Numbered from the stretch's first letter, positions 9,869 to 20,175 are shown. The stretch is DNA of 64,000 bases from an uncultured bacterium (GCA_965368975.1 CBDUPA010000014.1:64001-128000); one strand, 5' to 3'. The notes: generated from the sequence alone by a model not told the origin. Numbers and translations: made by a program.

Positions 9869-10336
9869 ATGCAAGACTCGCTGCAGATCGGCATCCTCTC
9901 GGATACGCACGGACTCCTACGCCCCACCGTCCTGCGACGCCTGCGCGGCGTCGACCACATTCTGCACGCGGGTGACGTCGAAGACCCGGCGATCCTCGAC
10001 CAGCTGCGCGCCATCGCTCCCGTCACGGCCGTGCGCGGCAACACCGACGGCGGCCCGACAGCGCACCTCCCGTGGCAGGCGCAGGGCGACTTCGCCGGCA
10101 TCACCTGGCGCATGGTGCACCGGCGAGAAGACGTGCCGAGCGAGTGGCTGCGCGAGACGCACCTGATCGTCCACGGCCACAGTCACCGTCCCGAACTGTC
10201 CTGGCACGGCAACAACTGCCTGATCCTCAACCCAGGTGCCTGCGGCAAGCGGCGCTTCCAGCTGCCGCTGACCATCGCACGACTGGCGATCGTCGAAGGA
10301 CGGATGGTCCCGGAATTGGTGAGCGTCGAAGAGTAG
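9869..10336 (+). CDS. Metallophosphoesterase (YfcE/MJ0936-like phosphodiesterase)
   Basis: SDTHG, HAGD, VRGNTD, HGHSH and NPG motifs; start at ATG 9869. Confidence 0.9.
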   Translation: MQDSLQIGILSDTHGLLRPTVLRRLRGVDHILHAGDVEDPAILDQLRAIAPVTAVRGNTDGGPTAHLPWQAQGDFAGITWRMVHRREDVPSEWLRETHLIVHGHSHRPELSWHGNNCLILNPGACGKRRFQLPLTIARLAIVEGRMVPELVSVEE

Positions 10337-10402
10337 AGGGGAGCTGCAGAGGGGGTCAGACGGAGGACGCACGGACGTGCGCCCTCCCGTGGGGAGCGTC
10401 GA

Positions 10403-10768
10403 TCAGGTGCGGCAGATGCACTCGTTCGACGGGTACACCGCATCGCACGTGCCGGTCACACCGTTCTTCACGCAGGCTTCGGTGTGCTTCTTGCCCTTGC
10501 ACTCGTTCTCACTCTGGTCGTTGCAAGTCGGCAGCCGGTCAACGTCGATCGGCTCGACCTCGATCGGACCCGCCGGCGTCGCGACAGCCATGTCGGTGAC
10601 ACCCGGAATGTCGATCGGCGTCACGTCCACCTGCGGCGCGGTCACGGCCGACGTAGCTTCGGCCGCCGGGGCTTCCGGAGCCGTTTCAGCTGCACCGACG
10701 CTCCATAGTGCCAACGCACCACAGCACACGATCAAGCACGCCAACACAGAAAATTTCAAACTTTTCAT
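10403..10768 (-). CDS. Small secreted protein: signal peptide, acidic Pro/Ala spacer, six-Cys C-terminal domain
   Basis: MKSLKFSVLACLIVCCGALALW signal peptide; C-x7-C-x8-C-x8-C-x8-C-x-C; purine-rich RBS region (AAGGAG/AGGA) upstream. Confidence 0.75.
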   Translation of the reverse strand: MKSLKFSVLACLIVCCGALALWSVGAAETAPEAPAAEATSAVTAPQVDVTPIDIPGVTDMAVATPAGPIEVEPIDVDRLPTCNDQSENECKGKKHTEACVKNGVTGTCDAVYPSNECICRT

Positions 10769-10938
10769 TCCTGCTACTCCTTACAACATGCCGCACGACC
10801 CGAGCGGAGTGCGGACTATTTACGTGTGGCTGTATTGTAATCCTGCCACCCGAGACACGCAACGCACCCTTGCCAAGCCGTCTGCCCGACCAGGGCTGAA
10901 CTCCACCCACGGTGCCGGGCGCGCCGCGCTCGGGTCGC

Positions 10939-11682
10939 CTAGACGCCGGCCGACAATCGCTCGGCCAGCATCGACGGCAAACCAGCCGCCATGATTCGCT
11001 CCTGCGCTTTCTCTACCGGATACTCGAGCCGTTGCCAGTGGACCTCCCCGGCGTCACTGTCATAAGTCAGGAACGAGGCACGCGGATCGCGATCGCGCGG
11101 CTGGCCAATCGAACCGGGGTTGATCATGTAGCGGGTGGTCTCTTTGAGCCGGATCGTCCCTTCGCTACCCCGTAGCACCCCGACTTCGACTCCGTTGTCG
11201 TCGAGGGTGAACAGCGACGGGATATGCGTGTGGCCGAAGAAGGTAAGCCAGGAGTCGTGCTTCTGGAACACCTCGTAGGCATCGTAGTTGGAGAACACGT
11301 AGGCGTCTTCGTCGAGCGGCGAACCGTGACAGATGGCCAGCTTGGGCGACACCTTCACCGGTCCCTTGCGCAGCTCCCGCACGAAACTCAGGTTCTCTTC
11401 GTTCATCTCTTCGGTGGTCCAGCGGGCAGCGGCGAGGGCAGCGAAGTTGAAGTTGGAGCCATCGTCGATACCAGCGACCACCTTGTCGTGGTTGCCACGA
11501 ATCGAGTAGACCTCACCGGGCAGCCGGCGCACTCCTTGTACGACTTCGTTGGGCGCGGCTCCATAGCCGACGACATCCCCCAGCATCAGCACGATGTCGA
11601 AGTCTTCATCGCGCAGGTGATGGAGCACGGCCTCGAAAGCGTCCCAATTGCCGTGCATGTCGGAAAGGATCAGATAGCGCAA
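10939..11682 (-). CDS. Calcineurin-like metallophosphoesterase
   Basis: SDMHGN, LGDVVGYG, RGNHD, CHGSP, GHTH, NPGSIGQPRD; TTG start at 11682 overlaps the aroK end. Confidence 0.9.
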   Translation of the reverse strand: MRYLILSDMHGNWDAFEAVLHHLRDEDFDIVLMLGDVVGYGAAPNEVVQGVRRLPGEVYSIRGNHDKVVAGIDDGSNFNFAALAAARWTTEEMNEENLSFVRELRKGPVKVSPKLAICHGSPLDEDAYVFSNYDAYEVFQKHDSWLTFFGHTHIPSLFTLDDNGVEVGVLRGSEGTIRLKETTRYMINPGSIGQPRDRDPRASFLTYDSDAGEVHWQRLEYPVEKAQERIMAAGLPSMLAERLSAGV

Positions 11683-12260
11683 TGTCGTTCTTCCTCGCTG
11701 TGCCGGGGGTCGACTGGATGACAAAAGAATGCAGCTTCGGGCCGGTCGAGTCTCTCTTCTTGAGCGGCGAGGAGATACCGAACACGCTCCGCGGTACAAG
11801 CTGGTGTCTCGGACGGATCGACGTCGACGCGATAGTCGGCCTCCTGATAGTACTTCACTCGTTCTTCGAAGATCACCCTGGCCGCGTGCAGGTCGCGGAA
11901 TAGCGGCCGCACCTGCCCTGCAGCGGTGGCGCGTCGGGCCAGCTCTTCGAACGGCAGCTGCAACCACACACGGACACCCGTGCGCCGCAGCAGGTCACGG
12001 GTGTCGGCTCGGTTCACGATGCCACCGCCAGTAGCGACCACGTACGGCTCCGCACGGTTAGCCACGGCGGCCAGTTCTCGAGCTTCCAGGTCGCGGAAAG
12101 CCGACTCACCGCGAGACTCGAAAATGTCGGCAATGGTCAGGCCCGTGCGCTCCTCGATGAGTTCGTCCAGGTCGACGAAGGGACGCTGCCAGGCGTCCGC
12201 GAGTAGGCGACCGACAGTCGTCTTGCCTGCGGCCATGAAGCCGACCAGGAACAGGTGCAT
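11670..12260 (-). CDS. aroK: Shikimate kinase
   Basis: GFMAAGKTTVG Walker A, DLD, GESAFR.LE, ATGGG, RPL. Confidence 0.92.
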   Translation of the reverse strand: MHLFLVGFMAAGKTTVGRLLADAWQRPFVDLDELIEERTGLTIADIFESRGESAFRDLEARELAAVANRAEPYVVATGGGIVNRADTRDLLRRTGVRVWLQLPFEELARRATAAGQVRPLFRDLHAARVIFEERVKYYQEADYRVDVDPSETPACTAERVRYLLAAQEERLDRPEAAFFCHPVDPRHSEEERHCAI

Positions 12261-12296
12261 AGGTCCTCGACCTTCGATCACCACCCCACCCTCGCT

Positions 12297-12431
12297 TCAA
12301 GCTCTCTCGGCTGGCGCGGCCGCGGCGCTCTTCGTCGCTTCCGAGCGCACAGCACGCAGCAGCAAGAGGGCGAAGCCTCCCCAGACAATTCCACAAATGA
12401 CGAGCATGGCGGTCCACGTGCTGGCTCCCAT
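12297..12431 (-). CDS. NSS transporter small subunit (MetS-like), 44 aa, single TM helix
   Basis: MGASTWTAMLVICGIVWGGFALLLLRA; ATG overlaps the transporter stop (TGATG coupling). Confidence 0.75.
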   Translation of the reverse strand: MGASTWTAMLVICGIVWGGFALLLLRAVRSEATKSAAAAPAERA

Positions 12432-13891
12432 CAAGCTTCTCCTTGTGCGTTCTTGCGACGGCGGGCGCGCAGCCACAGGGCGTTCAGGAGCACCAAGATT
12501 ACCAGAGCCAGGGCCCACTGGGCGAGCACCGTTCCCGTGCTCTCGGGGAGCAGCGGGTCGAACACCACCGCCGCGTCCCAGTCACCGCGCGGCCACAGCC
12601 ACCAGAGCAGTAGCGCGACGGCCTGCAGCGGCACCAGGACACCCAGCGCCACCGTCCACCAGCGGCCGATCCGCAGGTCATTCCCGGGGGCATTGACCAC
12701 CTCGCGACGTAACTTGTCGAGGCCGTAGCGTGCCGCGGCGATGGCGAAGAAGAGGCCGGAGACCATCAAGCCGACGCCCCACACCCAATCTTGATTGCGG
12801 AACACGGGCATGTAGAGCGCGGACAGCGAGCCGAAGAGCAGGCCACAGCCGGCCGCGGTGAGCAGCGACGTCTTGCGAGTGAGACCGAAGTCGATGCCGA
12901 TGCGGGTGGCCAGCTCGAGCAACGAGATCTGGCTGGTCAACGCGGCGAACGACAGCGCCAGGAAGAAGATCACCATGAAAACGCTGCCTCCGGGCATGGA
13001 AGCGAAGAGCTGTGGCATCCAGATGAAGGTGAGCCCCTCGTTCCCGGCACCAACGATCTCGGAGCTGGCCGCCGGGTTGAGGGCAAAGACGGTGCACAGC
13101 ACCATGATGCCGGCGAGCAACGACACGGAGTTGTTGCCGAAGCCGATCAGGAAGCCGTTGAGACCGACGTCCTCGCGCGAGCGCATGTAGATGGCGTACG
13201 TCAGGACAAGGCCCCAGCCAGCCCCCGTATCCCACGCGTTCTGGGTCAGTGCTTCGAGCCAGATGCGCGGCTCGGTGAGGGCCGACCAGTCCGGCTTGAA
13301 GAGGAACTCGAGGCCGGCCTCGGCCCCCGGCAGAGTGACGGCTCGAATCGCCAGGATCACCACCAGCACCAGGAGCGTCGGGATCAGCACCTTGGCCACC
13401 TTCTCGATCCCGCGCACGCCGAACCACACCACGGACGCGGCCAGCGTCATGGCCAGCGCGTGCGTGCCCAAGGCTCCCGGTGAAGCCGCGAAGCCATTCC
13501 ATAGGTCCTCGGAACCGCGACGTTGCAGCTCGCCGGTGAGCGAAGCACCGAGGTAGCGCAAACACCAGCCGGCGACCACCGAGTAGTAGAACATGATGGC
13601 GGTGGCACACAGGGCCACCCAGCCACCCATCCAGCGGAACTTGTCGCCCGCCAGCCGGCCGAAGGATTTGACCACTCCCTGGCGCGTGTGCTTGCCGACG
13701 CTGAACTCGAGAATGATCAGGGGCACGGACCAGAGCAGTAGAAAGACCAACCAGGCGACCAGGAAGCTACCGCCCCCGTTGCTCGCCGCCACCCGTGGAA
13801 AGCGCCAGATGTTGCCCGTACCGACCGCCATTCCGAGGGTGGCCAGAACCAGGCCCCAGCGGCTGGTGAAGTGCTCGACTTTCTCACTCAT
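12431..13891 (-). CDS. Sodium-dependent transporter, NSS/SNF family
   Basis: GMAVGTGNIWRFP..A..NGGGSF, FYYSVVAGW, GL.FIWMP.LF. Confidence 0.93.
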   Translation of the reverse strand: MSEKVEHFTSRWGLVLATLGMAVGTGNIWRFPRVAASNGGGSFLVAWLVFLLLWSVPLIILEFSVGKHTRQGVVKSFGRLAGDKFRWMGGWVALCATAIMFYYSVVAGWCLRYLGASLTGELQRRGSEDLWNGFAASPGALGTHALAMTLAASVVWFGVRGIEKVAKVLIPTLLVLVVILAIRAVTLPGAEAGLEFLFKPDWSALTEPRIWLEALTQNAWDTGAGWGLVLTYAIYMRSREDVGLNGFLIGFGNNSVSLLAGIMVLCTVFALNPAASSEIVGAGNEGLTFIWMPQLFASMPGGSVFMVIFFLALSFAALTSQISLLELATRIGIDFGLTRKTSLLTAAGCGLLFGSLSALYMPVFRNQDWVWGVGLMVSGLFFAIAAARYGLDKLRREVVNAPGNDLRIGRWWTVALGVLVPLQAVALLLWWLWPRGDWDAAVVFDPLLPESTGTVLAQWALALVILVLLNALWLRARRRKNAQGEA

Positions 13892-13927
13892 GGTGTTCTT
13901 CCCCCCCTGAACCTAAGGATCGTGAAA

Positions 13928-14635
13928 TCAAAGATGTGCCGCTGCCAGCAGGCGGCGACAGCGCGCGGTGATGCGGCCGGGCGCGAAGGCCTCTCCGGCT
14001 CGGCCGCAGACGGCGCCAATCACGGCGACGGTATCAGCACCAGCGTCCAGTACCGAGCGCAGATTCGTCTCGCCGATGCCTCCGATGGCGATCAGCGGCC
14101 GCACGGCGGCTAGGCCTGCGGCATGGGTCTCGTCCAGACGGCGGCGAGCGTAGCGCACTAGGTCGAGCCCGACCACCGGATCGGCACCGCTCTTGGACTG
14201 GGTGCTGAACACCGGGCCAACCGCGAGCGCGTCGATGTGGGGGGCCACCAACGCCGCCTCGACCTGCGCACGGCTGTGCGTCGAGGCCCCGATCGCCGTG
14301 CGCCGGGCCTCTTCCCCGCCGGCACGGAGGGCGTGATCGACCGCGGCTGGCGGCAGGTCGCGCTGTCCGACGTGAACACCAGCGACCCTCCCGGCGAAGA
14401 GCGCCGCCAAGTCGACTCGGTCGTCGAGCCACAGCGTACACTCACCGCCTTCGAGACGCCGGCACACGCGCTCGAGCAAGCGGTAGAGTCGATCGCCACT
14501 CGCCGTCTTGGCTCGCAGCTGCAGCCAGGAGAGTCCCGCATCGACCATCTCGGCAGCTGCGGCCGGCAGGTCCGACTCGCCCAGTACATCGAGATCGGCG
14601 AGGGCGTAGACGGGCCCCGGGGGCGGCAGCTTCAT
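13928..14635 (-). CDS. thiE: Thiamine phosphate synthase
   Basis: LQLRAK, DDRVD, GVHVGQRD, IGASTHS, GPVFSTQSK, AIGGI. Confidence 0.85.
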   Translation of the reverse strand: MKLPPPGPVYALADLDVLGESDLPAAAAEMVDAGLSWLQLRAKTASGDRLYRLLERVCRRLEGGECTLWLDDRVDLAALFAGRVAGVHVGQRDLPPAAVDHALRAGGEEARRTAIGASTHSRAQVEAALVAPHIDALAVGPVFSTQSKSGADPVVGLDLVRYARRRLDETHAAGLAAVRPLIAIGGIGETNLRSVLDAGADTVAVIGAVCGRAGEAFAPGRITARCRRLLAAAHL

Positions 14636-14653
14636 CGGGTGCGATCCCCCGGA

Positions 14654-16024
14654 TCAGCCCTCGGCCAACTGCTTCTTGCGCTCCGCCTCGCGCTGCAGGA
14701 ACTCCTCCATGAAGCGTGTCGACATCTCTCCACGGCGGAAGAATTCATCCTGAAGGATGCGCCTGTGTAACGGTATCGACGTCTTGATGCCCTCGATGAC
14801 GAACTGATCCAGTGCCCGGCACATGCGCGCGATTGCCATCTCTCGGTCGTTGGCATGGACGATCAGCTTGGCGACCATGGAATCGTACGTCGGGGGCACC
14901 ACGTACCGCTCGTAGACGTGAGTGTCCACGCGCACGCCAGGTCCACCCGGCGGATGGAAGGTGGAGATGGGTCCCGGTGAGGGCCAGAACTTTTCCGGGT
15001 CCTCGGCATTGACGCGGCACTCGATGGCGTGGCCGCGCGGCTTGAGGCCACTGCGCAGGCCGAGCCTGTTACCCGCCGCCACTTCGAGCTGCTTGCGGAC
15101 CAGGTCAACACCGGTCACCAGCTCCGTCACCGGGTGCTCGACCTGGATGCGGGTGTTCATTTCCATGAAATAGAAACTGCCATCCACATCGAGCAGGAAC
15201 TCGATGGTACCGGCGTTGCGATAATCCACCGCTTCGGCCAGCCGCACCGCGGCATTGCCCATCTCTTCGCGCTTCCCCTGGTCGAGGACCGGCGAGGGCG
15301 CCTCTTCGATCAGCTTCTGGTGCCGGCGCTGGATCGAGCACTCGCGCTCACCCAGGTGCACAACCTTGCCATGGTGATCCCCGAAAATCTGGATCTCGAT
15401 ATGGCGTGGCTGCTCGAGGTACTTCTCCATGTACACCGCACCATCACCGAACGCGACCTGCGCCTCCTGGCTTGCCATGTCGAAGGCTCTCGCGAGCTCG
15501 CTCTCTTTGCGCACGATGCGCATGCCGCGACCACCACCACCGGCCGAGGCCTTGAGGATCACCGGGTAGCCCACGTCGGCGGCCAGCTTCAGCGCCTCCT
15601 TGGTGCAGGACAGGGGCTCCTTGCTACCCGGCAGCACCGGCACTCCGGCCTCCTCGGCCATCTGGCGCGCCTTGGCCTTGTCACCCATCAGGCGGATGGT
15701 CTCGGGCTTGGGACCGATCCAGATCAGCTTGCACTCTTCGAGCATCTCGGCGAAGCGAGCATTCTCGGACAGGAAACCGTACCCCGGGTGAACGGCGTCG
15801 GCACCCGTGATCTCCGCGGCGGCGATCACGGACTGAATGTTGAGGTAGCTCTGGGCCGATGGTGGCGGTCCGATGCAGACCGAGTCATCGGCGTAGGTGA
15901 CATGCAGGCTGTCCTCATCCACGGTGCTGTGCACAGCGACCGTCTGGATCCCCAGCTCCTTGCACGCATGGATGACGCGGAGGGCGATCTCGCCCCGGTT
16001 GGCAATGAGAACTTTTTTGAACAC
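14654..16024 (-). CDS. accC: Acetyl-CoA carboxylase, biotin carboxylase subunit
   Basis: [43 protein letters not shown]. Confidence 0.97.
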   Translation of the reverse strand: MFKKVLIANRGEIALRVIHACKELGIQTVAVHSTVDEDSLHVTYADDSVCIGPPPSAQSYLNIQSVIAAAEITGADAVHPGYGFLSENARFAEMLEECKLIWIGPKPETIRLMGDKAKARQMAEEAGVPVLPGSKEPLSCTKEALKLAADVGYPVILKASAGGGGRGMRIVRKESELARAFDMASQEAQVAFGDGAVYMEKYLEQPRHIEIQIFGDHHGKVVHLGERECSIQRRHQKLIEEAPSPVLDQGKREEMGNAAVRLAEAVDYRNAGTIEFLLDVDGSFYFMEMNTRIQVEHPVTELVTGVDLVRKQLEVAAGNRLGLRSGLKPRGHAIECRVNAEDPEKFWPSPGPISTFHPPGGPGVRVDTHVYERYVVPPTYDSMVAKLIVHANDREMAIARMCRALDQFVIEGIKTSIPLHRRILQDEFFRRGEMSTRFMEEFLQREAERKKQLAEG

Positions 16025-16049
16025 TCAGATCAACCTTTACCGCGCAGCC

Positions 16050-16556
16050 TCAAGCGGGACGGACGGCGAACAGGGGTTCGTCGAACTCGACCGGTTGGCC
16101 GTCTTCGACCAGCACCTGGGCAATCTCACCGCTGACTTCGCTTTCGATCTCGTTCATCAGCTTCATGGCTTCGACGATGCACAACGCTTGGCCCGGCTTG
16201 ACGTGATCCCCGACCTCGACGAAGGACGGCTTGTCGGGACTCGGCTTGCGATAGAAGGTGCCGACGATCGGCGAGCGGACCAACACCAGGCTGGCGTCGT
16301 CCGCCGGGTCTGGTGCGGCGGCAGCAGCCGGCGCGGCGGGCTGAGGAGCGGCGGCAGGAGGCGGCGCGGTAGCCGTGGCTGCGGCGACCGGGTCCGCCAT
16401 CGGTGCGGCCGCAGGCATCGGTGCGGCGACCACGCTGGGTCCCTGAGAGATGCCGTCGATCTTGAGGCGGAATCCGGAGCGCTCCAACTCGAGGCCTTGC
16501 AGGTTGCGCTGGGCTACCAGCTCGACCAGCTCAGTGATCTGTTCGAAGGTCAACAA
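16050..16556 (-). CDS. accB: Acetyl-CoA carboxylase, biotin carboxyl carrier protein
   Basis: [17 protein letters not shown] biotinylation motif, Ala/Pro linker; TTG start after GGAGAGGGG. Confidence 0.95.
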   Translation of the reverse strand: MLTFEQITELVELVAQRNLQGLELERSGFRLKIDGISQGPSVVAAPMPAAAPMADPVAAATATAPPPAAAPQPAAPAAAAAPDPADDASLVLVRSPIVGTFYRKPSPDKPSFVEVGDHVKPGQALCIVEAMKLMNEIESEVSGEIAQVLVEDGQPVEFDEPLFAVRPA

Positions 16557-16721
16557 AGCCGTATCCCCTCTCCTTGAAGGATGCGCGGCGAAGAGTCGCG
16601 GAGTGGCCATCGAAGCCCCGGTCCTGATCGGCGGCGGCTGGCCGCAAAGGCCGGGCTCCGACGATAGAGAGGCTTCTCTAGTCGATCACTCCAAACTGAC
16701 GAGTGCCGCGAGATTAATTGC

Positions 16722-17075
16722 TTAGAGGTCGTGTTCCAGGATGAGCCGCGCGCGACGCAGCTCGAAGCGAGCCTGCCCGAAGTTGCCCGTCTTGTCGAGC
16801 ACCAGGAGCAGGTAGTACTCCCAGTTGACGGAGCTTACCATGATGGTCAGGTCGTCCGTGGTGATCGAGAATTGCGAGACCTCGCCCGCCGCGAGTTCGC
16901 GGTGGTTGTCCGAGATCGACCGCACTTGGGCCACCAGCTCGGCCGCCATGAGTTCCAGGTCGAGGCCAGGATCACTGTTGACGGATTCGACGCGGATGCC
17001 GTCCTTGTCGATCAAGGACAGCGCAATGGCGCCTGTGATGCGATTGCTGATTTGATTGAGGCGTTCGAGGAACAT
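16722..17075 (-). CDS. mglC: Roadblock/LC7 protein, MglC-like
   Basis: 117 aa; GAIALSLIDKDGIRVE and YYLLLVL..GNFGQARFELR resemble Myxococcus MglC; same position between pilQ and accB. Confidence 0.65.
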   Translation of the reverse strand: MFLERLNQISNRITGAIALSLIDKDGIRVESVNSDPGLDLELMAAELVAQVRSISDNHRELAAGEVSQFSITTDDLTIMVSSVNWEYYLLLVLDKTGNFGQARFELRRARLILEHDL

Positions 17076-17098
17076 CTTGATCAGGTCACACGACAGTG

Positions 17099-18877
17099 TC
17101 AGACGGCGTGGTCGGCGCTGTCGGCGGCTCCCTGGCGCAGGCGCTGCAGGTAGTTGCCCAGCATGACGATCTTGCGCGCCGTCAGGTCGGCCTTCGGATC
17201 TGTATCACGCAGCAGGTCTGCCGCCCGTAGCGGCTTGCCGCCGGTACGGGCGAGCGCGCCCAGCCCCGCCAGGGCCACTGGATTCATCGGCTCGCGCGCC
17301 AGTACTTCACTAAAGATTCTACGCGCCTCGGCGTGGTGACCCTGTTGCAGGTAGAGCTGGCCCAGCGTCGCGGTAGCTGGCGGCGGGGTCGCTTCAGCTT
17401 CCGCCGATGGCGCCTCTTCGACGACAGTTACCGCTTCCTCCTGCACCGCGGGAACCACCGGCTCAGGCGGTGCTGCACGGAGCACCTGTGCCATCGGGTG
17501 ATCAACGGCAGGTGCTTCTGCCGTCGGCTGGTCGACAGCTTCGAGCACGGGCGCGGCGGCGGTGTCTTCTTCGGAGACCTCTTCCCTGGGGATGTCTTCC
17601 TGGGTGGATGCTACCGCCTTGTCGGGAGCTTCCGCGATGGGGGCTGACGCGATGGGGGCTGACGCGATGGGGGCCTCCGCGATGGGAGCTTCCGCGACGA
17701 GCAACTCCTCCCCGGTTTCCGCAAGCTCCGGAGCTTCTTCTTCCGCCGGAACTGCTTCAGACTCCAGTTCGGTGAACAGCCCTTCGGAGGCCAAACCCTG
17801 GGCGAAGACGTCTTCGTCCTCTTCCTCACCGGCGAAAAGGTCCCCGAAAAGATCCTCTTCCTCCTCAGCCGCGGCCAGCGCTTCCGCACCGCCGAGATCG
17901 GGGAACAAGTCGTCTTCCGCACCATCCCCCGCAGGAAACTCGTCCTCGGCAGGAGCCCCGGTCAAAGCCTGCTCCGACTCCGTCGGTTCTGCGTCGAACG
18001 CAAAGAGATCACCTTCCTCGGCGACTTCTGGCTCGGGAGCAACTTCTTCTGGCTCGATGGCGACTTCTGGCTCGATGGCGACTTCTGCCTCGACGGCCGG
18101 CTCCGCCTCAGCCACCACTTCGGGCTCAACCATCTCTGCCATCGCTGTCACCTCGTCGACACTCGCGTCCAGGATGGGTGGATCGGTCGGCACAGGGGAC
18201 TCCACTGCGGCGGCGGCATGGGCGTCGGCGAGCATCGCCGGGGTTAGCATGACGGTATCCGTCGCACTGGGTAGCGGTGCCGCTTCCGGTACCGGGGCCT
18301 GCTCCGCGGAAGCCGTCTCGCGACTTGCGGACACTGCAGGCGCCGGCTGCTCGGCTGGGGATGGCGGCTCGGCTGGGGACGGCTTGCGAACCCCCGATTC
18401 AGCGACCAACGCTTCCAGACGCAAGGTGGCATCGACCTCTGCGGAGGTTGACGGACCGGCGAGCCGTTTCTCGACGTCGCGAATGCTCTGCCTCAGCTCT
18501 TCGATGACCGGGTCACCATCGTTCAACAGTCGATAATGGTCCAGGCGCTCCTTGGCAGCCTTGACGTTGCTGCCGTCCAGATGGGCACGGATCAGAAGCT
18601 TGTTGGCCACCAGGTGCGTGGGATCCCGCTTCAGTACCCGCTCCAGCACCTCGACCGCCGCTTCCGGCTTATGGAGATCCAGGTAGCAGCGTCCCAACGC
18701 GACTTGCCCCGAGAGATAGTCCGGCACGCGGCTCAGTCCCTGGCGCAAGACCTCCAGCGCCTGCTTCGGATGGCCGGAACGGCGGTACGCCTCGGCCAAC
18801 TGCACGAAGACGCGCGAATTGGGTTCGGCTTCCCAGCGGGCACGCAGGGCGGTGATCTGATCTTGGAGGTCGGCCAT
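17099..18877 (-). CDS. TPR protein with long acidic low-complexity linker and C-terminal TPR
   Basis: N-terminal TPRs (FVQLAEAYRRSG, ALGRCYLDL), Glu/Ala/Pro-rich middle, TATLGQLYLQQGH..EARRIF C-terminal TPR. Confidence 0.85.
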   Translation of the reverse strand: MADLQDQITALRARWEAEPNSRVFVQLAEAYRRSGHPKQALEVLRQGLSRVPDYLSGQVALGRCYLDLHKPEAAVEVLERVLKRDPTHLVANKLLIRAHLDGSNVKAAKERLDHYRLLNDGDPVIEELRQSIRDVEKRLAGPSTSAEVDATLRLEALVAESGVRKPSPAEPPSPAEQPAPAVSASRETASAEQAPVPEAAPLPSATDTVMLTPAMLADAHAAAAVESPVPTDPPILDASVDEVTAMAEMVEPEVVAEAEPAVEAEVAIEPEVAIEPEEVAPEPEVAEEGDLFAFDAEPTESEQALTGAPAEDEFPAGDGAEDDLFPDLGGAEALAAAEEEEDLFGDLFAGEEEDEDVFAQGLASEGLFTELESEAVPAEEEAPELAETGEELLVAEAPIAEAPIASAPIASAPIAEAPDKAVASTQEDIPREEVSEEDTAAAPVLEAVDQPTAEAPAVDHPMAQVLRAAPPEPVVPAVQEEAVTVVEEAPSAEAEATPPPATATLGQLYLQQGHHAEARRIFSEVLAREPMNPVALAGLGALARTGGKPLRAADLLRDTDPKADLTARKIVMLGNYLQRLRQGAADSADHAV

Positions 18878-19001
18878 TTCGGGCTATGCCATCTTCTAGT
18901 TACTTCGCTGTTGGAGTCGCTCCCCAGAGCGATCTTCAGAGTATAGCAGCAAGCTCTCGCCCACACCCACTCGGGCTCGAAAGGCACCCCGCCGGACACC
19001 T

Positions 19002-19025
19002 AAAAAAGGCGGCCCCTGGGCCGCC
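19002..19025 (-). terminator. Rho-independent terminator closing the pil/lipoprotein operon
   Basis: GGCGGCCC/GGGCCGCC stem followed by T6 on the minus strand, just past the stop at 19054. Confidence 0.75.
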
Positions 19026-19053
19026 CTCTCACCACGCAGCGGAGAGTCCGCCG

Positions 19054-20055
19054 CTACTGAACCGTAATCACGATTGTGTCTTCCTTGCCACCACCAGCAG
19101 TAGCAACGCTGGCTCTCACCGTGAAGCTGGTGCCGGAGACCAGTTCCGCGGCGGTAAGGGTCAGGGTCTTGGTTGCAATGCCGTTGGTGTTCGTCAGTGC
19201 AACCGAACCACCTTCGAGGGTTCCTTGACCCGCCTCGAACGAGACCGGGATACTGCCGAGACCCTGGCCTCTGGCGTTCGTGGCCACGACCTCCAAGGAG
19301 ATCGAGCCATCGGCGTCAGGAACGGAAGTTGTGTTCGAACTCAGAGCCAGTTGATCCACTTCATCCTGGATCTCGACCTCGGCTGTTGCCGGGTCGGACG
19401 AGCCCAGAATCGCGGTCACCGTCGCATTGCCTGCCAGGGAGCCCGCGGTCAGGGTGGAGATCGCCGTGCCGCCGCTGTCCGTCGAGGGGCGATCCGGGCT
19501 CAGCGATCCGAGGGTCGTCGTCAGGATCACCGTCTCTCCGGCGCCAAAGAGTGTGCCATCGGCACGCCGGGCGATCACCGTTATGGTGGCGCTCTCCTGT
19601 ACTTGAATGGTGCTCGGAGAGACGGACACCAGGAGCGCCGGCTTGCTGGCATCTCCCTCACCGATCTGCACCGTGATCTCGGCCGTCGAATCGCCGTTGC
19701 CCGTGGTCGCCATGACCACCGCCGGCCCCGTACGACCATCTCCACGCAGCGTCGCGCGGGCCGTACCAGTCGCATCCGTGGAGACGATCGCCGGAATCGA
19801 GCCGAGATCGGTCGACAGCCGGATCTCGGTGCCGCTGGCCAGCGGGTTTCCGTCACCCCGCCTTCCGACAATCGTGATCTCGGAAGTGCCGTTGAGCGTG
19901 ATCTGGGTCGGATTGGCGGTGATCGTCAGGATCGTGCCAATGGGTGCGACCGGATTGCCTTCACTACAGGCCAGACTACCGAGAAGGCCGGCAGTGGTCA
20001 GCAGGGCGAGGCAGGAGTACTGGAGGATGCGACGGGGTGTGAGATCAACTTTCAT
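19054..20055 (-). CDS. Lipoprotein with tandem invasin/Big_1-like Ig domains
   Basis: Lipobox GSLA-C; repeated beta-rich units (DGNPL..GT.I.LST.LG...TD..G.A.ATL). Confidence 0.75.
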   Translation of the reverse strand: MKVDLTPRRILQYSCLALLTTAGLLGSLACSEGNPVAPIGTILTITANPTQITLNGTSEITIVGRRGDGNPLASGTEIRLSTDLGSIPAIVSTDATGTARATLRGDGRTGPAVVMATTGNGDSTAEITVQIGEGDASKPALLVSVSPSTIQVQESATITVIARRADGTLFGAGETVILTTTLGSLSPDRPSTDSGGTAISTLTAGSLAGNATVTAILGSSDPATAEVEIQDEVDQLALSSNTTSVPDADGSISLEVVATNARGQGLGSIPVSFEAGQGTLEGGSVALTNTNGIATKTLTLTAAELVSGTSFTVRASVATAGGGKEDTIVITVQ

Positions 20056-20175
20056 AGCACCGCAGTATACGGAGCGAGGCGGCCCTCCGTCTAGAAAGCC
20101 GCCTCGTCGTTTTCGATCATCTCCGGGCACGGGCAGGTAGCCGAAGGGCAGCTACCCGTGCACGGAGCTTCAGGT

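Noticed and set aside
14636-14653. TPP riboswitch before thiE
   Set aside because: Only 18 nt separate accC and thiE.
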